A stretch of DNA of 64,000 nt from the human T2T-CHM13v2.0 reference genome, Homo sapiens. Of the stretch, positions 1-12,741 are shown one piece after another (the first letter of the stretch is position 1; every line of letters starts with the position of its first letter). The stretch lies in assembly GCF_009914755.1 (NCBI RefSeq), contig NC_060940.1; one strand, written 5' to 3'. The translations under genes were made by a program, and so were the position numbers. The notes under the pieces are model-generated. The model was not told the DNA's origin, ran no database searches, and saw only the letters and a list, made by a program, of their open reading frames with translations.

Positions 1-960
1 ATTTATGACCCACTTTGAGTTAATTTTTGTGTAAGGTGTGAGGTTTAGATCAAGGTTCTTTTTTTCTCCTTTGCCCTTTGTATTTATGGCAAATACAGAT
101 GATCAATTGTTCTGACACTATTTGTTGAAAAGACTGTCTTCCACTTAGTAACTTTTACATCTTTGTCAAACATCAAATGTCTATATTTGTGTGAGTTTAT
201 TCCTGGACTCAATTTTATTCCATTGGTCTATGTGTCTCTCTTTGCCAATACCACACTATCTTTATTACTCAAGCTTTATAATAAGTTTTAAAGTCACATA
301 GTTTGATTTCTTCAACTTTGTCTTCTTTTTCAACATTGTTTTAAACTAGTCTAGTTTATTTTCTCTTTCATATAAGTTGCACAAAATCCTGTCCATGTCC
401 ACAAAAAGATACTGCTGGGATTTTGATAGGGATGGTGTGAAATGTACAGATCACTTTGGGGAGTACTGGCATCTCCTAATCCATGAACACACTGTCTTTC
501 CATTGAAGTCTTCCTTGGTTTCTTTCATCACCTTTCTTCTTTGTTAATATGTGCATTTAGTGTTATAAATACCACCCCCCAGCACTGCCTCCTACAAATT
601 TTGTTACATTGTATTTTTCATTTGGCTCAAAATATTTTAAAATTTCCTTTTGAGACTTCCTCTTTGACCCTATGGTTATTTAAAATATCTGGGTATTTTC
701 CATGGATCTCCCTAGTTCAATTCTATTATAGTCTGATAATCTACTTTGTATGATTTCTATTCTTTTAGATTTGGTAGGACTTGTTTTATGGCCCAGAATA
801 TGGTCTATCTTGGTAAGTGTTCCATGTGCTCTGAAAAAGACTATTTTGCTGCTGTTGGTTAGAGTGTTATATAAATAGCCACTAGGTTAGATTGACTGAG
901 TGCTTTTCAGGTCAGCTCTAAGCTTTCTGATTTCCTGCCTACTTTTTCCTTCAGTTACTG
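1..960 (-). mobile_element. Old L1M-type LINE fragments (degenerate ORF2 region)
   Basis: T-rich antisense L1 ORF2-like motifs (ttgagttaatttttgtgtaaggtgtgagg; ttttattccattggtctatgtgtct; ttttatggcccagaatatggtctatcttgg); no open frame; boundaries approximate. Confidence 0.75.
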
Positions 961-1302
961 TAGAAAAGTGTTGATGTCTCCCACTTAAATCGTGAGTTTG
1001 TCTGTTTCTCCTTACAGGTCTGGCGGTTTTTACTTTTTAGTTTATGAACACTTAGGATTTTTATGTTAAGAAGAGGGGCCTGATCTTGGGTGAGTCTGCT
1101 CTCCAGATGAGGCTGGCAGATGAACAGTGATGACACTCCCAGAAATTAGGATAATAAGTCCTTTATTCTTGATGCCGGATCTGGACACTACACCACAGCA
1201 TCCACTAGAAGGAATATTTAGGGTTTTGTTTCTTTTTGAGTATGTTTTGGTGATATTTTCCTAGGAATTGGTCCATTTTGTATAAACTTTCAGATACACT
1301 GG

Positions 1303-1821
1303 TGTTGGGAACAGGCCCTCCAAAATCTGGCCATCTACTGGCCCCAAAACTGGCCATAAACAAAATCTCTGCAGCACTGTGACGTGTTCATGATGGCCAT
1401 AACGCCCACACTGGAAGGTTGCGGGTTTACCAGAATGTGGGCAAGAAACAACTGGCCCACTCAGGGCGGAAAACCGCTTAAAGGCCTTCTTAAACCACAA
1501 ACAATAGCATGAGCGATCGGTGCCTTAAGGACATGTTCCTGCTGCAGATAACTAGCCAAACCATCCCTTTGTTTCCCATAAGTGATACTTTTAGTTAATC
1601 CCGTTTCCCATAAGGGATACTTTTAGTTAATCCAGTATCTATAGAAACAATGCTAATGACTGGCTTGCTGTTAATAAATACGTGGGTAAATCTCTGTTGG
1701 GGCTCTCAGCTCTGAAGGCTGTGAGACCCGATTTCCCACTTCACACCTCTATACTTCTGTGTGTCTTTAATTCCTCTAGTGCCGCTGGGTTAGGATCTCC
1801 CCGACTGAGCTGGTCTCGGCA
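1303..1821 (+). mobile_element. Solo LTR, MER9 (HERV-K9/HML-3)
   Basis: tgttgggaacaggccc...ggtctcggca termini typical of MER9; AATAAA in R region; 6-bp TSD cactgg (1297-1302)/cattgg (1822-1827). Confidence 0.85.
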
Positions 1822-1929
1822 CATTGGTATAAAGTTATTCTCAAAATCTTCCTAGTTTTAATAAATAGATTATCTGTAGTTATACCCTTTTCATTTTTGA
1901 TACTGGTTATTTGTACCAGTTTTCCTTTT

Positions 1930-2170
1930 CTTGTTAGAGGCCTTTGGGGCAGCCTGTGCCCTATAACTGATGAATGTGGGAATGTAAAGGCCCAGCCTTC
2001 ATATTCTAACTTGGGACAGGTTAGGAGATAGGAAAGGTCATCCTATCTCAGAACTCGATGTAGGGTTGTATGAGGCATTTCATTGAGAATGCATCACAGT
2101 TCAATTTTTCTGCCTAATTTTGTTTCCTTCCTTTCCCTTGTACGGTTGTGGATCAAAAGCACTGCCTAAT
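1930..2170 (+). mobile_element. Degenerate ERVL LTR fragment (LTR16A-like)
   Basis: Resemblance by eye (catcctatctcagaactc...gcatcacagttcaatt...) to LTR16A consensus as recalled. Confidence 0.4.
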
Positions 2171-2559
2171 CTACTGTCTATTTAATTAGCCTTTTAAAAT
2201 AACTGGTCAGGTGCAGGTAATCACAAGGGCTGGTTTTAATTCACCTTTATCCTGAGGAGTAAGCCCTTAAGTATCCTAGATCAATCCCAGGTATACCATT
2301 GAGGTCTGCGGGACATGATTTAAGTTTTTGTTTCTTTTTATGAGGTATTCTAGCTACTTGCAAGGATGGGGAAATGTAAAGGGCTAGTTCAAATAAATGG
2401 TGTATTAACATATTTACAGTATCTTCAAAATGATTATGAATTCTTAATTACTCTTCCTAGCTCCCCAAGGATGGATAACACTAACATATAGTCAGTGGGA
2501 AAGAAATCTCAGAAAATAACTGTTAGTTTGTCACTGTCATGGGAAATGGGAAGGAAGAA

Positions 2560-2765
2560 AAACAGCACTTATCAAGCATCTTCTGTGTACAAACTGCCAT
2601 TTCAGACTCAGAGCAGTCCTTGAAGGTAGGTATCACTCATTACCTTTGTTTTACAGATGAAGAAACCAAAGTTCAAAGAAGTGACTGATTCAGAGTCATG
2701 AAATCGGGGAGCTGGGCCCTGAATCCAGACTGGTCTGACTTCAAAGCCTTGCTCTCTTTCCACTG
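2560..2765 (-). mobile_element. MIR
   Basis: ttttacagatgaagaaaccaaagttcaaagaagtgac MIR core in reverse orientation. Confidence 0.65.
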
Positions 2766-3234
2766 CAATATTCAAAATCAAAACAAAGGTTTTTGTTAGT
2801 GATTCTCAATGTTGTGATACATTTTTTACCTGCTGTCCCTTAATAAATGATATTAAAGTTGCATTTGGAAATACAGAAGCAGTATTAATGTCACTGATTG
2901 TAGTTTTAATTGTCATTAACATTTTATTTGTCTTGTAAACTCTGATTCACATGAGTTTGAAGACTCAGGCTATATCAATAATGATCCCAATTATCTTTGA
3001 GAAAGTGTCACGTAGTGCCTGGGACAGTGCTGTGGGCTGATAACTAGTGAATTTAACTGAGTATTACAGTCAGGAGAATCCTATCTTGCCCGTGACCCAC
3101 AGAGAGGCAGTGGGCAAGTCACCTTACCCTGGTCTCCCAGTCCAGATAAATGCTTTCATAAGCTCTAAGGTCTCTTCATGCTCTAAAATAATTATTTAAA
3201 AACTCACTGAAATACTTTGTTTCAATAAGGAATA

Positions 3235-3240
3235 TTTATT
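3235..3240 (-). terminator. ITFG1: Distal poly(A) signal AATAAA of ITFG1
   Basis: tttatt on + strand; position fits the recalled ~1.4-kb terminal exon. Confidence 0.65.
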
Positions 3241-3834
3241 AAGAAGACATGTTAACATGCTTAGATACAAAGTAAAAACACATGCCAATCTCAGTGAACT
3301 ATAAAGAAAAAAATAAGAACAAAATTGTTTTCAGAGAAATTTTTGTGTTTTATAGGCATCACATGTCCATTTGCATACTAGAAAATTATTAGCATTGATA
3401 AACTTTTTTTTTTCAGTCTTAAAGTCTTTTTAAAGTAACTTTTTGGAAATGTGAAGTTCACAATACAAAATTTGCATTGAAGTCTGAATGTAAATTATAG
3501 ACTTCTCCAAGTGTTTGAGAATAGAAATGTGATTGAAGATTTGCATTCCCAGATGCTGCCTACAGCAGTTTCCTTTCAAGAAATCAAATGTTCTTCATTA
3601 TCACATGATAAGGATAAGTTTTTGGAGGAAAATTTTTAGGGCACATTAATTCTTGGAGAGTACTATAATTTTTAGTTAATATGAGCAAGTAAATCTTTAT
3701 GTCAATCACCAAAAATTTAGCTTTTCCAAAGAATATTTCTTCATGCCTGAAAATAAAATTCTATCAAGTCTATGTATTTCTATAATTAGATGTATAAGTC
3801 TAATAAGATCATCTAAAATATTAATAATGACAAC

Positions 3835-4080
3835 TACCACATATTGACCACTTACTCTGTGCTAGGCACCAAGCTAAGCACTTCACATACATCATCCCAT
3901 TTAATGTTTACAGTAACTCAAGTATTAGCCCCACTGAATAAACAAGAAAACTGAGGTTTACAGAGGTTAAACAAGAGCCAAGTTCAAACAATGACTTTGT
4001 AAGTGGTTGAATTAGGAGTTTAAGGCAAGTCTGTCTTACTGTGCTACCAAGTCAGAGTACCCGATCACTATATTGTATGC
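3835..4080 (-). mobile_element. MIR within the long ITFG1 3'UTR
   Basis: ttgaccacttactctgtgctaggcac...gaaaactgaggtttacagaggttaa. Confidence 0.7.
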
Positions 4081-4214
4081 CATCAGTGAGACCCCTGACC
4101 TGCTGTGATGAAGCTGAATGCCTAATGACTCCGTGATATATTCACAAAAGTATAATTTGCATCATTAGAATAAGAAGCAAGACCAAGTCAAGTGGACACA
4201 AAAATTCCTGCTCA

Positions 4215-4230
4215 TTTAATTATTTTTATT
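4215..4230 (-). terminator. ITFG1: Proximal poly(A) signals AATAAA (4225-4230) and ATTAAA (4215-4220)
   Basis: Minus strand reads TGTGTAAATAAAAATAATTAAATGAGCAGGAATTTTTGTGT: tandem signals with upstream UGUA and downstream U/GU-rich element. Confidence 0.7.
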
Positions 4231-4547
4231 TACACAACTTTTTCCATCATCATGATGCAAATAAGATTATAAATACACAAACACTGGAGTACATGCAACA
4301 CATTCCACAAAGGAACAAAAATGTACAGCACTACAGAATAGAGAACCCAAATTTTTATATACAAAGTGCTTTAAAAAAAAAGACCTTGTGACATATTCAA
4401 ACCATATTTATTTGAATACTTTCCAATAATTACCATGGGATACATCATTTATAAATAATATTTAATCTCCCCTATTTTTTCAAGCCAGAATTTGTGTTTC
4501 AACTAATCAAGTGAACAGCCATTCCATTATGTAATATTAAAGGCAAG

Positions 4548-4607
4548 TCACATAGCATCAAAATGAAACCGGTGGGCTTCTTGTCGTTTTTCTCTATCAT
4601 CTGCTTT
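4548..4607 (-). CDS. ITFG1: ITFG1 terminal coding exon (exon 18): cytoplasmic tail KADDREKRQEAHRFHFDAM*
   Basis: Acceptor aattctttttcag|AAA GCA GAT..., stop TGA 4550-4548; peptide recognised as the conserved ITFG1/LINKIN C-terminus. Confidence 0.97.
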   Translation of the reverse strand, partial: KADDREKRQEAHRFHFDAM

Positions 4608-4980
4608 CTGAAAAAGAATTTTAGACTCGTTTATAAATGGTAGAAAGATGTTATGAAAAGACTCATTTCTGAAATACACAGTGATTCATTTTTAAAAGTC
4701 TCCAGCAATTAGCAGATAATAGATATGATTTCCTAATTCAACAGTCCTAGTATTTTTGTAGTTTATAGTAGCTATTTTATAATTAATGATCTAATTGATT
4801 AAAAAACAATAAATACTTGAATACTTAAGGCACATTAAATACTTAGGGTCCTTAAATACTTAGCTTCTTATCATTTATTATCTACTTGAAAATAGGAATA
4901 AGTATTAGATTCTATAAGGATGAATCAATGATTGCATTTTTCTGTCATTTTTAACAATGATGTTAATAAACAAATCTAAT

Positions 4981-5253
4981 GGCTGGGTGTGGTGGTGGCT
5001 CATGCCTGTAATCCCAGCATTTTGGGAGGCCAAGGAGGGCAGATAACTTGAGGTAAGGAATTCGAGACCAGCCTGGCCAACATGGTGAAACCCCGTCTCT
5101 ACCAAAAAAATACAAAAATTAGCTGAGTGTGGTGGTGGGCACCTGTAATCACAGCTTCTTGGGAGGCTAAGGCAGGAGAATCGCTTGAACCCAGGAGCGG
5201 AAGTTGCGGTGAGTCAAGATTGCACCACTGCACTCCAGCCTGGGTGACAGAGT
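4981..5253 (+). mobile_element. Alu (AluS-like), lacking poly(A) tail
   Basis: Dimeric Alu ending at gggtgacagagt without A-tail. Confidence 0.93.
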
Positions 5254-5499
5254 ACTAATGTACTAATTATTTTTTCATTAACTTGTCAATTTAGCAGATA
5301 TTCATTGGCCCTTTGCTTCTAATACTCCCAATACCAATACTGTGTTTGCTATTTTAATATTAAAAAAACCTCCGTTTTGTATCTTGTTCTCCAAAAAGAC
5401 AAATGCAAAACATATTGTATAACTGTAGTTCAAGATAAAAAGTGAAAAATGTTACCAAGTCTAAGAGACTACTTCTAGATCCGGGTGAGGAAAGGGAAA

Positions 5500-6230
5500 G
5501 CTTTGAAAAGACACGGAAAGCATTTGAAAGTATGGAAATGGGGAGAGTGGTATTCACTCCAAGCTGGGGTTACAACATGATCAATCATGAGAAGGCTGGA
5601 AGGAGCACGGATATGTGAAAGCAACTGGTAAAAAATACGACTGTGGAGTCACATGGAAGTCATATGCAGGCCAGGCCAAGGATTTTATACATAAAAGGCA
5701 ATGGATATTCACTAGAGCTTTTTCAGCAGGGGAGTGACATGATGAAGGCTAAACAGAATGAATCACTGGCAGCAGTGTGCTAAATGGAATGGAAAGGGGA
5801 GAGAATGGAAAGGGGAGAGAACGGAAAGAAAGAGACCAAGTAGGATGTAAGAAGGGGCAGTGCAGTAGGAATGTAGAAGTGGAGTCAGCTGTAGAACTTC
5901 TTACAGAGGCAGAGTCCATAGGCAAGTGATGAAATCTTGTAGGTTAAGTAAGAGAGATGAAGCTTTAGAATGCTGGTTTTGAGGTGCTGTAAGTCATCTA
6001 GGTTGAGCTATCATGGTGACAGTTGGAAATGGGGAAGGACCTTTAGAGATGAGAGCTGGGGATATCTGAAGCCATGATTTTAGATGAAATTGGCAGGGAA
6101 AGTGTTGAAAGAAGAGGGCCAGGGGCAGACACTGGGGAAAGCCTGCATTGAGAAAATGGTAGAAGGAGCCAGCCTGCTTAAGTAAAAAAGTGGTTAAAGA
6201 GGTTCTACCTCTTTGAGATACCACAGTGCC
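5500..6230 (-). mobile_element. L2 fragment
   Basis: cagcaggggagtgacatgat...atcactggcagcagtgtg; purine-rich L2 antisense pattern. Confidence 0.6.
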
Positions 6231-6925
6231 ACAGGAGATACAGTATATATATAGTCAAATATATACTTGTACTTAAAACTTTCATTTTTGGCCACTGCAT
6301 AATTATTGTTATAAGCACGCAATGTTTATGCTGTAATCAGATCTACTGAGGAATTAATGAAATTCATTTCCTTTGCTTCACAGGTCAAGAACTGTGGAAT
6401 CTTTCAGATGATATTCTGATACTTCTGGACCAAGTATGTATGGTTGTCCTTGATCTTACTCTTAAGTTGCAATCTTAAGGTTAATTGAATATGTAACTTC
6501 ATGTTACTGTTTTTGATATGTAAAGGAGTGATTTTTTAAAAGTGACAAGCCTATGAGCATTTATAGAACAACTAATATGTTCTTTTTCATATGTTAAAAG
6601 AACAAACACGGTAATTCTAGCAAAAAATGATTATGATGGCATGTCAATCCAGAGTGTAGGTGCAAAAAAAGAAAAACACCTTTCTTTGGGGCCACAAAGC
6701 AGCCCTTTTTTGAGGGCATTGATTGGAACCCATATATAAATAGAAACTAGCTTTTTCACATATATCTAAACTGCTAATTTACAGTGATAGCCTCTTTTTT
6801 CTTTGCATAAAAATCTTTTACATATTTGGGAGTTTTGTTTTCAATTATTATTTAGAGTATTATACTAAAGAACAGAAATCAGTTTAATGCAAAGAATACT
6901 TGATAGATGAAAAAGATGTTTATGG

Positions 6926-7223
6926 CTTTTTTCTTTTTTTGAGACAGGGTCTCACTCCTTTTGCCCAGGCTGGAGTGAAGTGGTACAATCGCAGCTCACT
7001 GTACCCTCAACTTTCTGGGCTCAGGTGATTCTCCGACCTCAGCCTCCTGAGTAGCTGAGATTACAGGCTTGCATCATGGTGCCTGGCTAATTTTTGTGTA
7101 TTCTGTAGAGACGGGGTTTCATCATGTTGCCCAGGATGGTCTCAAACTCCTGAGCTCCAGCAATCTGTCCACCTTGGCCTCCCAAAGTGCTGGGATTACA
7201 GGCATGAGCCACCATGCCTGGCT
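6926..7223 (-). mobile_element. Alu (AluJ-like)
   Basis: poly-T then gagacagggtctcact...gagccaccatgcctggct. Confidence 0.93.
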
Positions 7224-7701
7224 GTTTATTGCTTCAGTTGTTACCTTCCACCTAAACCTCAAGAAAATAATTTAACCTCTTTTCACTCTAATTCTTTTCA
7301 AAGAGATAGCTGATAATCCTAGCCAAAGAATGTCCATGGCTTTATCAGTACATACTGAACACACGTTCATTTTTTAAAATCATTATTATTTTTCAGGTCA
7401 TTATGAAATTGTTTCTAAATGCCTTTTGATTTCCGGTTGATCACTTTATTACTACCGTACTGCATCAAACTTTTAAAGTAGACATCTCTTGTGATTTGTA
7501 TGAATTGATAGGAGACATTAGTAACTTCCAGGGATAAAAGAAATTATCATCAATAAAATGATGCTTTGAACAGAACTTGAAAAATGATGAAATTCTAGTC
7601 ATATGAAAAAAGTTTAAAATAAATATAGTGTTTTTAAAGAGCAATGTATGTATTACTAGAATAAATTAACCAAAATTAATGCTTCCTTTAAATGAACAAA
7701 C

Positions 7702-7819
7702 CTTTTCCTGCCAATGTAAAATGCCAATTATTGCCAAGATGAAAACACAGACACCGATGAGAGCTATAGCAGTAAGCAGAACAATATTACTTGGTGTAAG
7801 ATACAGTTTGGCACTCCAA
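7702..7819 (-). CDS. ITFG1: ITFG1 exon 17 (118 nt): (S)WSAKLYLTPSNIVLLTAIALIGVCVFILAIIGILHWQEK, contains TM helix
   Basis: Acceptor tttttatctacag|T TGG, donor GAAAAG|gtttgt; phase 2 to phase 0, contiguous with neighbouring exons. Confidence 0.97.
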
Positions 7820-9544
7820 CTGTAGATAAAAACAGAACAAATTAAAATTACAAATTTTATTTAAAAATAACAAAGTTATATTGAGACCCCAAAGCAAAAT
7901 AGCTTATTAATTAAACAGTCAATGTATTCATTAAACCATTCATTCATCAGTCCATTCATTATAAATAAAACAAAAACAATTAAAAATCAGATAGTGCTGA
8001 GAATATTGATGATTCTGCAGTTTATATTTTACCTAGACAACTGAAATAGAATTTTTGATGAGATATTTCAATATTTTTCATTTTCCAAGTTTGATCCTAT
8101 GAGAATTATTTTTAGGTAAACATATCCAAGGGTACTTTGGATAATCATAGACATCTTTTTTACATCTTGATTTACCTGCTTAATTTGAAAACCTGAACTC
8201 TAAAGCAAGGTAGTCACATGATCCTAGAAGCCTTCTGTATCATCTTATTTTTGACCTGTGTCACATATATAATGTGACCAAGTAAAACATAAATGTTGAT
8301 GGCTTGTGCAAAACTTCTATAATTTTTATATCATGTTGGAGTGTTTACATTACTACAATGACTTTTAGGTTCAGATCACTTACAAAATCATCTTTAGTCC
8401 CTCACTGTTAATGGCAATATACAGACTAGAGGTCTTTAGTAAACAGAACTAGTTCTTTCCTTCTAAAACAGTCCATGTAATATAGCATTTGCACACCCTG
8501 AAAGCCTAAAACTAAGGACTGTATCACCAAGTGTGAAGGTTGTTATATACACATAACTTTTTGTTCTTCCTAGAAATAGGTAATGGCTATATTTTTATTT
8601 TAAAAGTTTAATAAAGGTAAGACTGTTCTGGTAAATAGCAAGTAGCTATTGATTTATTCTGGGATAATTAAAATTTATTGATCCATAAGTTAGCTTCTAG
8701 TCAATAACCTCAAAATACACCTCAAAAACTAAAATCAATTTGGTTTTTATTATGTACATAAATTTGAAAAGAACATTTCTTTGGAAAGAGTAAGAGAAAC
8801 ATGAAAAATGTTGAGATTACGGAAAAAAGCTATGGTATAATTTTCTGGAAATTCAGAAGAGTAAGTAAACCTTAAGAAAACAAATACTGTTAATTAGTTG
8901 AAAGCTACTCTTAGTGTTATACTCATACTTAAGAAAACAGTTCTTTTATGAGATGTTTTTGGTAGTTCTACTTTTAAAATAGATTTTTAACAAATCAGGA
9001 ATGTAAGTGTTTTGGTAAAAAAAAAAAAAAAAAAAGACAAAAGTCAATCCTCAGTTTTCTCCTCAGAGGCAGTCACTCTTACCAGTTTCCTGCATATCCT
9101 TTCAGAGATATTTTATACATGTATGAACATGTATGTATAGATGGCTTCTTTTTAAATCACAATGGCTGCTTATTATACATACTCTTCTACATTTTGCTGT
9201 TGCTTCTTTTGTTTGTTGTTGTTGTTATTGTTTTTTGCTTACCACTCCATCTTAAGAGACTGTTCTATGTCCGTGGCAGTGAAAAAAAATCATGCTACTG
9301 AGCTGTATAGAAGTACCGTACTTTATATAGTTTCCTACTCATGGTCCAGATTTTCTAGTTTTACTGTAAATTTCATCTATAGAAAACTAACACAAACATA
9401 CAATACAGGCTCATTAAAAAAAATCTGAACCAGGACTATAACTGTTTCAATGATGTCATCTTATTCCAAGCATAAGGCTGTGATAAAGTTTATTTTCTTA
9501 AGCAGTTTGGTTCTGAAGCCCATTAATTTACCATAAAATGCATC

Positions 9545-9725
9545 TGCTGGTATGCTGGTAAACTGGCTCTGAGGTAGAGAGGGGTTCGGGAAGCCTTGTT
9601 TATGGTACTTGCCAATTTTCATGGAGTAGATTCTCCTACCATAACTGATTTCAGTGTGACTTCACTGAATAGAGATGCACAGAGTCAGGTCATGAAGTGG
9701 CATAAGCTGGTTTTGGCAATCAATA
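9545..9725. mobile_element. MER63-like hAT DNA transposon remnant
   Basis: ggtatgctggtaaa...ttgccaattttcatggagtagattctcctaccataactgatttca resembles recalled MER63A. Confidence 0.45.
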
Positions 9726-10578
9726 CATTCGATCGAGATGTTTAATAAAGAATGATGAAGCTGGTATTTTCAGAGGGAATGTAACAAGCAGGGGACCCCA
9801 CTGGTTACATATTCATAGATAAATTCACCATTTCTCTTTGGTTATTTTCTCATATTGATATTTGTCTAGCATATTTTTCCCTATGAAATTTAAATGTTAG
9901 TGAATACTTTTATCGCCTAATTTAAAAGGAATAGAATCAATCTAGGAATTTAAATAAAAATGAATAAAATTTAAGGATTTAAAGTTAAATGCTGTATTAT
10001 GAAATGAATGTATTCTGTTAATAAGGATAAAAATACCTACCATTCGCTTACCACATGCTTGGCACTGTGTTAAGTATATTTCACCCTCAGATGCAGAAAG
10101 TGAGTCTTGGAGAGGACAAAGGACTGGCTCCTACTCTTGCAGTCAGCCAGCAATGGAGCTGAATCATTTTAGCCTACATCTATTTAACTCCAAAATTTGT
10201 GCCCAACCACTGTGGGATATATACTACTTCTCAAATAATTTATTTAAAAGATTAGTGCTTTATACAAAGATTTAGTATCCTGAAAGTTTGAATTTATAAC
10301 TAGTAAACTGAAGAGCAGTTTATTTAAGCAGAATACATATAAATCCCTAATTAGTTAACCTCCTGTTTTTCTAATAGGATTGAATTTGTTCTTCATGAAA
10401 AATGTCTGGGACCTTTTATGTAAGTATGTTTAGTCATTTAAAGTTTGCCGTAAGCAAATTAAGGGATGGGCACTCATGGGAACACAGCAGGAATATGAGA
10501 GAGCTTAAAAGACATCACTGTATGTATAATTCAGAGTTAGCAGTGTCTTTACCAAATCGGTTCAAGCAAGTACATTAC

Positions 10579-10661
10579 CTTCGAGGGACATTGTGAGGGT
10601 ATGGAATGACAATTAGCTGGGAATTTGGAATGATTGCAGTCCACTCTTGTTTTCGTATAGA
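10579..10661 (-). CDS. ITFG1: ITFG1 exon 16 (83 nt): SIRKQEWTAIIPNSQLIVIPYPHNVPR(S)
   Basis: Acceptor ttcttcttccag|TCT, donor CGAAG|gtaatg; phase 0 to phase 2. Confidence 0.97.
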
Positions 10662-11368
10662 CTGGAAGAAGAATTTAAGAACATTTAACATTCAGCACAT
10701 TTAAAAAACACAATTATTATTCTAAATAAATAATGAAAAATCTAGCTACTTTGAGAAATTCAAATTCTAGGTATGGATTAAGCTATGTTTACCAATATTA
10801 AGCCAAAAATAAGGCTTTTGTGCCATCTGTTGGAAAATTTTCTCATCTTTTTGGGAAAGATTATATTTGTGTTTTATGAATTCATTCATTCAACAAATAT
10901 TTATTAGACACTTACGTAGCAGGCACTGTTCAAAGGGCTATGTACAAATGCTGCTTGGAGCTAAAATTCAAATTGAGACTGACAATAAACAAAGCAAGTA
11001 AAATAATATGATTTTACATATTATATAAATAATACACATATGTATAATAATATTATTTATGTTACTAAAATATTTATGTACACGTTAGGTGGTGAAAAAT
11101 GTTAGGATGAAAAAGCAGGATAGAGGGATAGGTGACGTTTATGGGAGAGGAGAGGGAAAAACTACACGGTATCTTAAAATCATGATGTGCTCTAAGTAAG
11201 ATAAGCTTAGGTCACTACCAATAAATTTTTCTTTATTCTTTAAAGGGAATAAAAATATTTGGTTTATTTGAATTCAAATTCAATTAGGTTCAAATTATTT
11301 AATTTAAATACTTAAATAGTGAATATTAAAACATAGATTAATTGTAAACAAAATGAATTTTTACTCAC

Positions 11369-11493
11369 TTTTTCTCCAGATGGACGGGGAATACCAACGT
11401 AGAGATGGTCAAGAAAATTTGCGCTCCGACCTAAACCAAGCACGTTGTATGGTAGTTGGAGAGCTAAATGTGCGGATTGGCTGAGTTGGCCAG
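11369..11493 (-). CDS. ITFG1: ITFG1 exon 15 (125 nt): (A)GQLSQSAHLALQLPYNVLGLGRSANFLDHLYVGIPRPSGEK
   Basis: Acceptor aataactctag|CT GGC, donor GAAAAA|gtgagt; phase 1 to phase 0; CpG-retaining coding-like stretch. Confidence 0.97.
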
Positions 11494-11650
11494 CTAGAGT
11501 TATTCAATTAAAAAAAAATTAAAAACATCTCTGGAAACATTGCTCCCATCAAATATTAAAATGATAAAATGTTAAAAATTTAGGTACTGGAATGTATCAC
11601 GTTTCAAAATGTGAAATGAAAGATACAGGTCATTAATATTAATGATTCAC

Positions 11651-11930
11651 TTTTTTCTTTTTTTGAGACATGGTCTCACTCTGCCACCTAGGCTGCAGTG
11701 CAGTAGCACTGCACTGAGCCTTGACCTCTCAGGCTCAAGCTATCCTCCTTCCGAGCCTCCCAAGTAGCTGAGACCACAGGCATGTGCCACCAGGCTCGGC
11801 TAATTTTTAAATATTTGTGGAGACGGGGTCTTACTATGTTGCCCGGCCTTGAACTCCTGGGCTCAAGTGATCCCCCTGCCTCGGGCTCTCAAAATGCTGG
11901 GATTACAGGCGTGACCCACCGTGCTCAGCC
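11651..11930 (-). mobile_element. Alu (AluJ-like)
   Basis: Antisense Alu with TSD aatgattcactttt at 11641 and 11931. Confidence 0.93.
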
Positions 11931-11944
11931 AATGATTCACTTTT

Positions 11945-12741
11945 TAAAGAAAACAGCGTTACTGAGATATAATTCACATACCATACACATCACCCGTTTA
12001 AAGTGTACAGTTAAGTGGTTTTGAGTATATTCAAAGAATTGTTCAGCCATCACCACAATCTAATCTTAGAACATTTTTATCACTTGAGAAAGAAACTCCA
12101 TACACATGAGAAGCCATGTCTGTTTCCAACCTGCACACTTCCAGCTGTATGTAATCACTAATCTGCTTTCTGACTCAATAGATTTGCCTATTCTGAAGAT
12201 TTCATATAAATGCAATCATACAATGTGGTCTTTTGTGACTGGCTTCTTTCACTTAGCATGTTTTCAAGGTTCATCTATATGGTAGCATGTTTCCATACTT
12301 TATTACTGTTACTTGCCAAATAATACTCCACTTTGTTATATATACATTTTGTTTCATTAATTAATTTCATTAATTGATGGACATTTCAGTCATTTCCATT
12401 TTTGGTTACTATGAAAATACTGCTGTGAACATTCATATACAGGTTTATTTTTGTATTCACTCTTGTTTTCCTTTCTTTTGATTATGTAGCTAAGTGTTTA
12501 ACATCATTAGGAACTATCGAACTGTTTCCAAAGTACCTGCACCATTTTATGTTCCCACCAGCAATGGATAATGGTTCAAATTTTTCCACATCCTCAATAA
12601 CACTTTTTGTTGTGTCTTTTGTATTATAGCCATGCTCATGGTTGTGAAGTGGTATCTCATTATGGTTTTTACTTGCATTTCCCAAATGACTAATAGTTAT
12701 TAGCCATGAAAATGGTCAATAAACACGTGAAAGAAGCTCAA

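Larger units (their letters stand above)
3215..4547 (-). other. ITFG1: ITFG1 3'UTR (long form; distal end inferred)
   Basis: Follows TGA at 4548-4550; minus-strand AATAAA at 4407-4412, 4225-4230 and 3235-3240. Confidence 0.7.
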
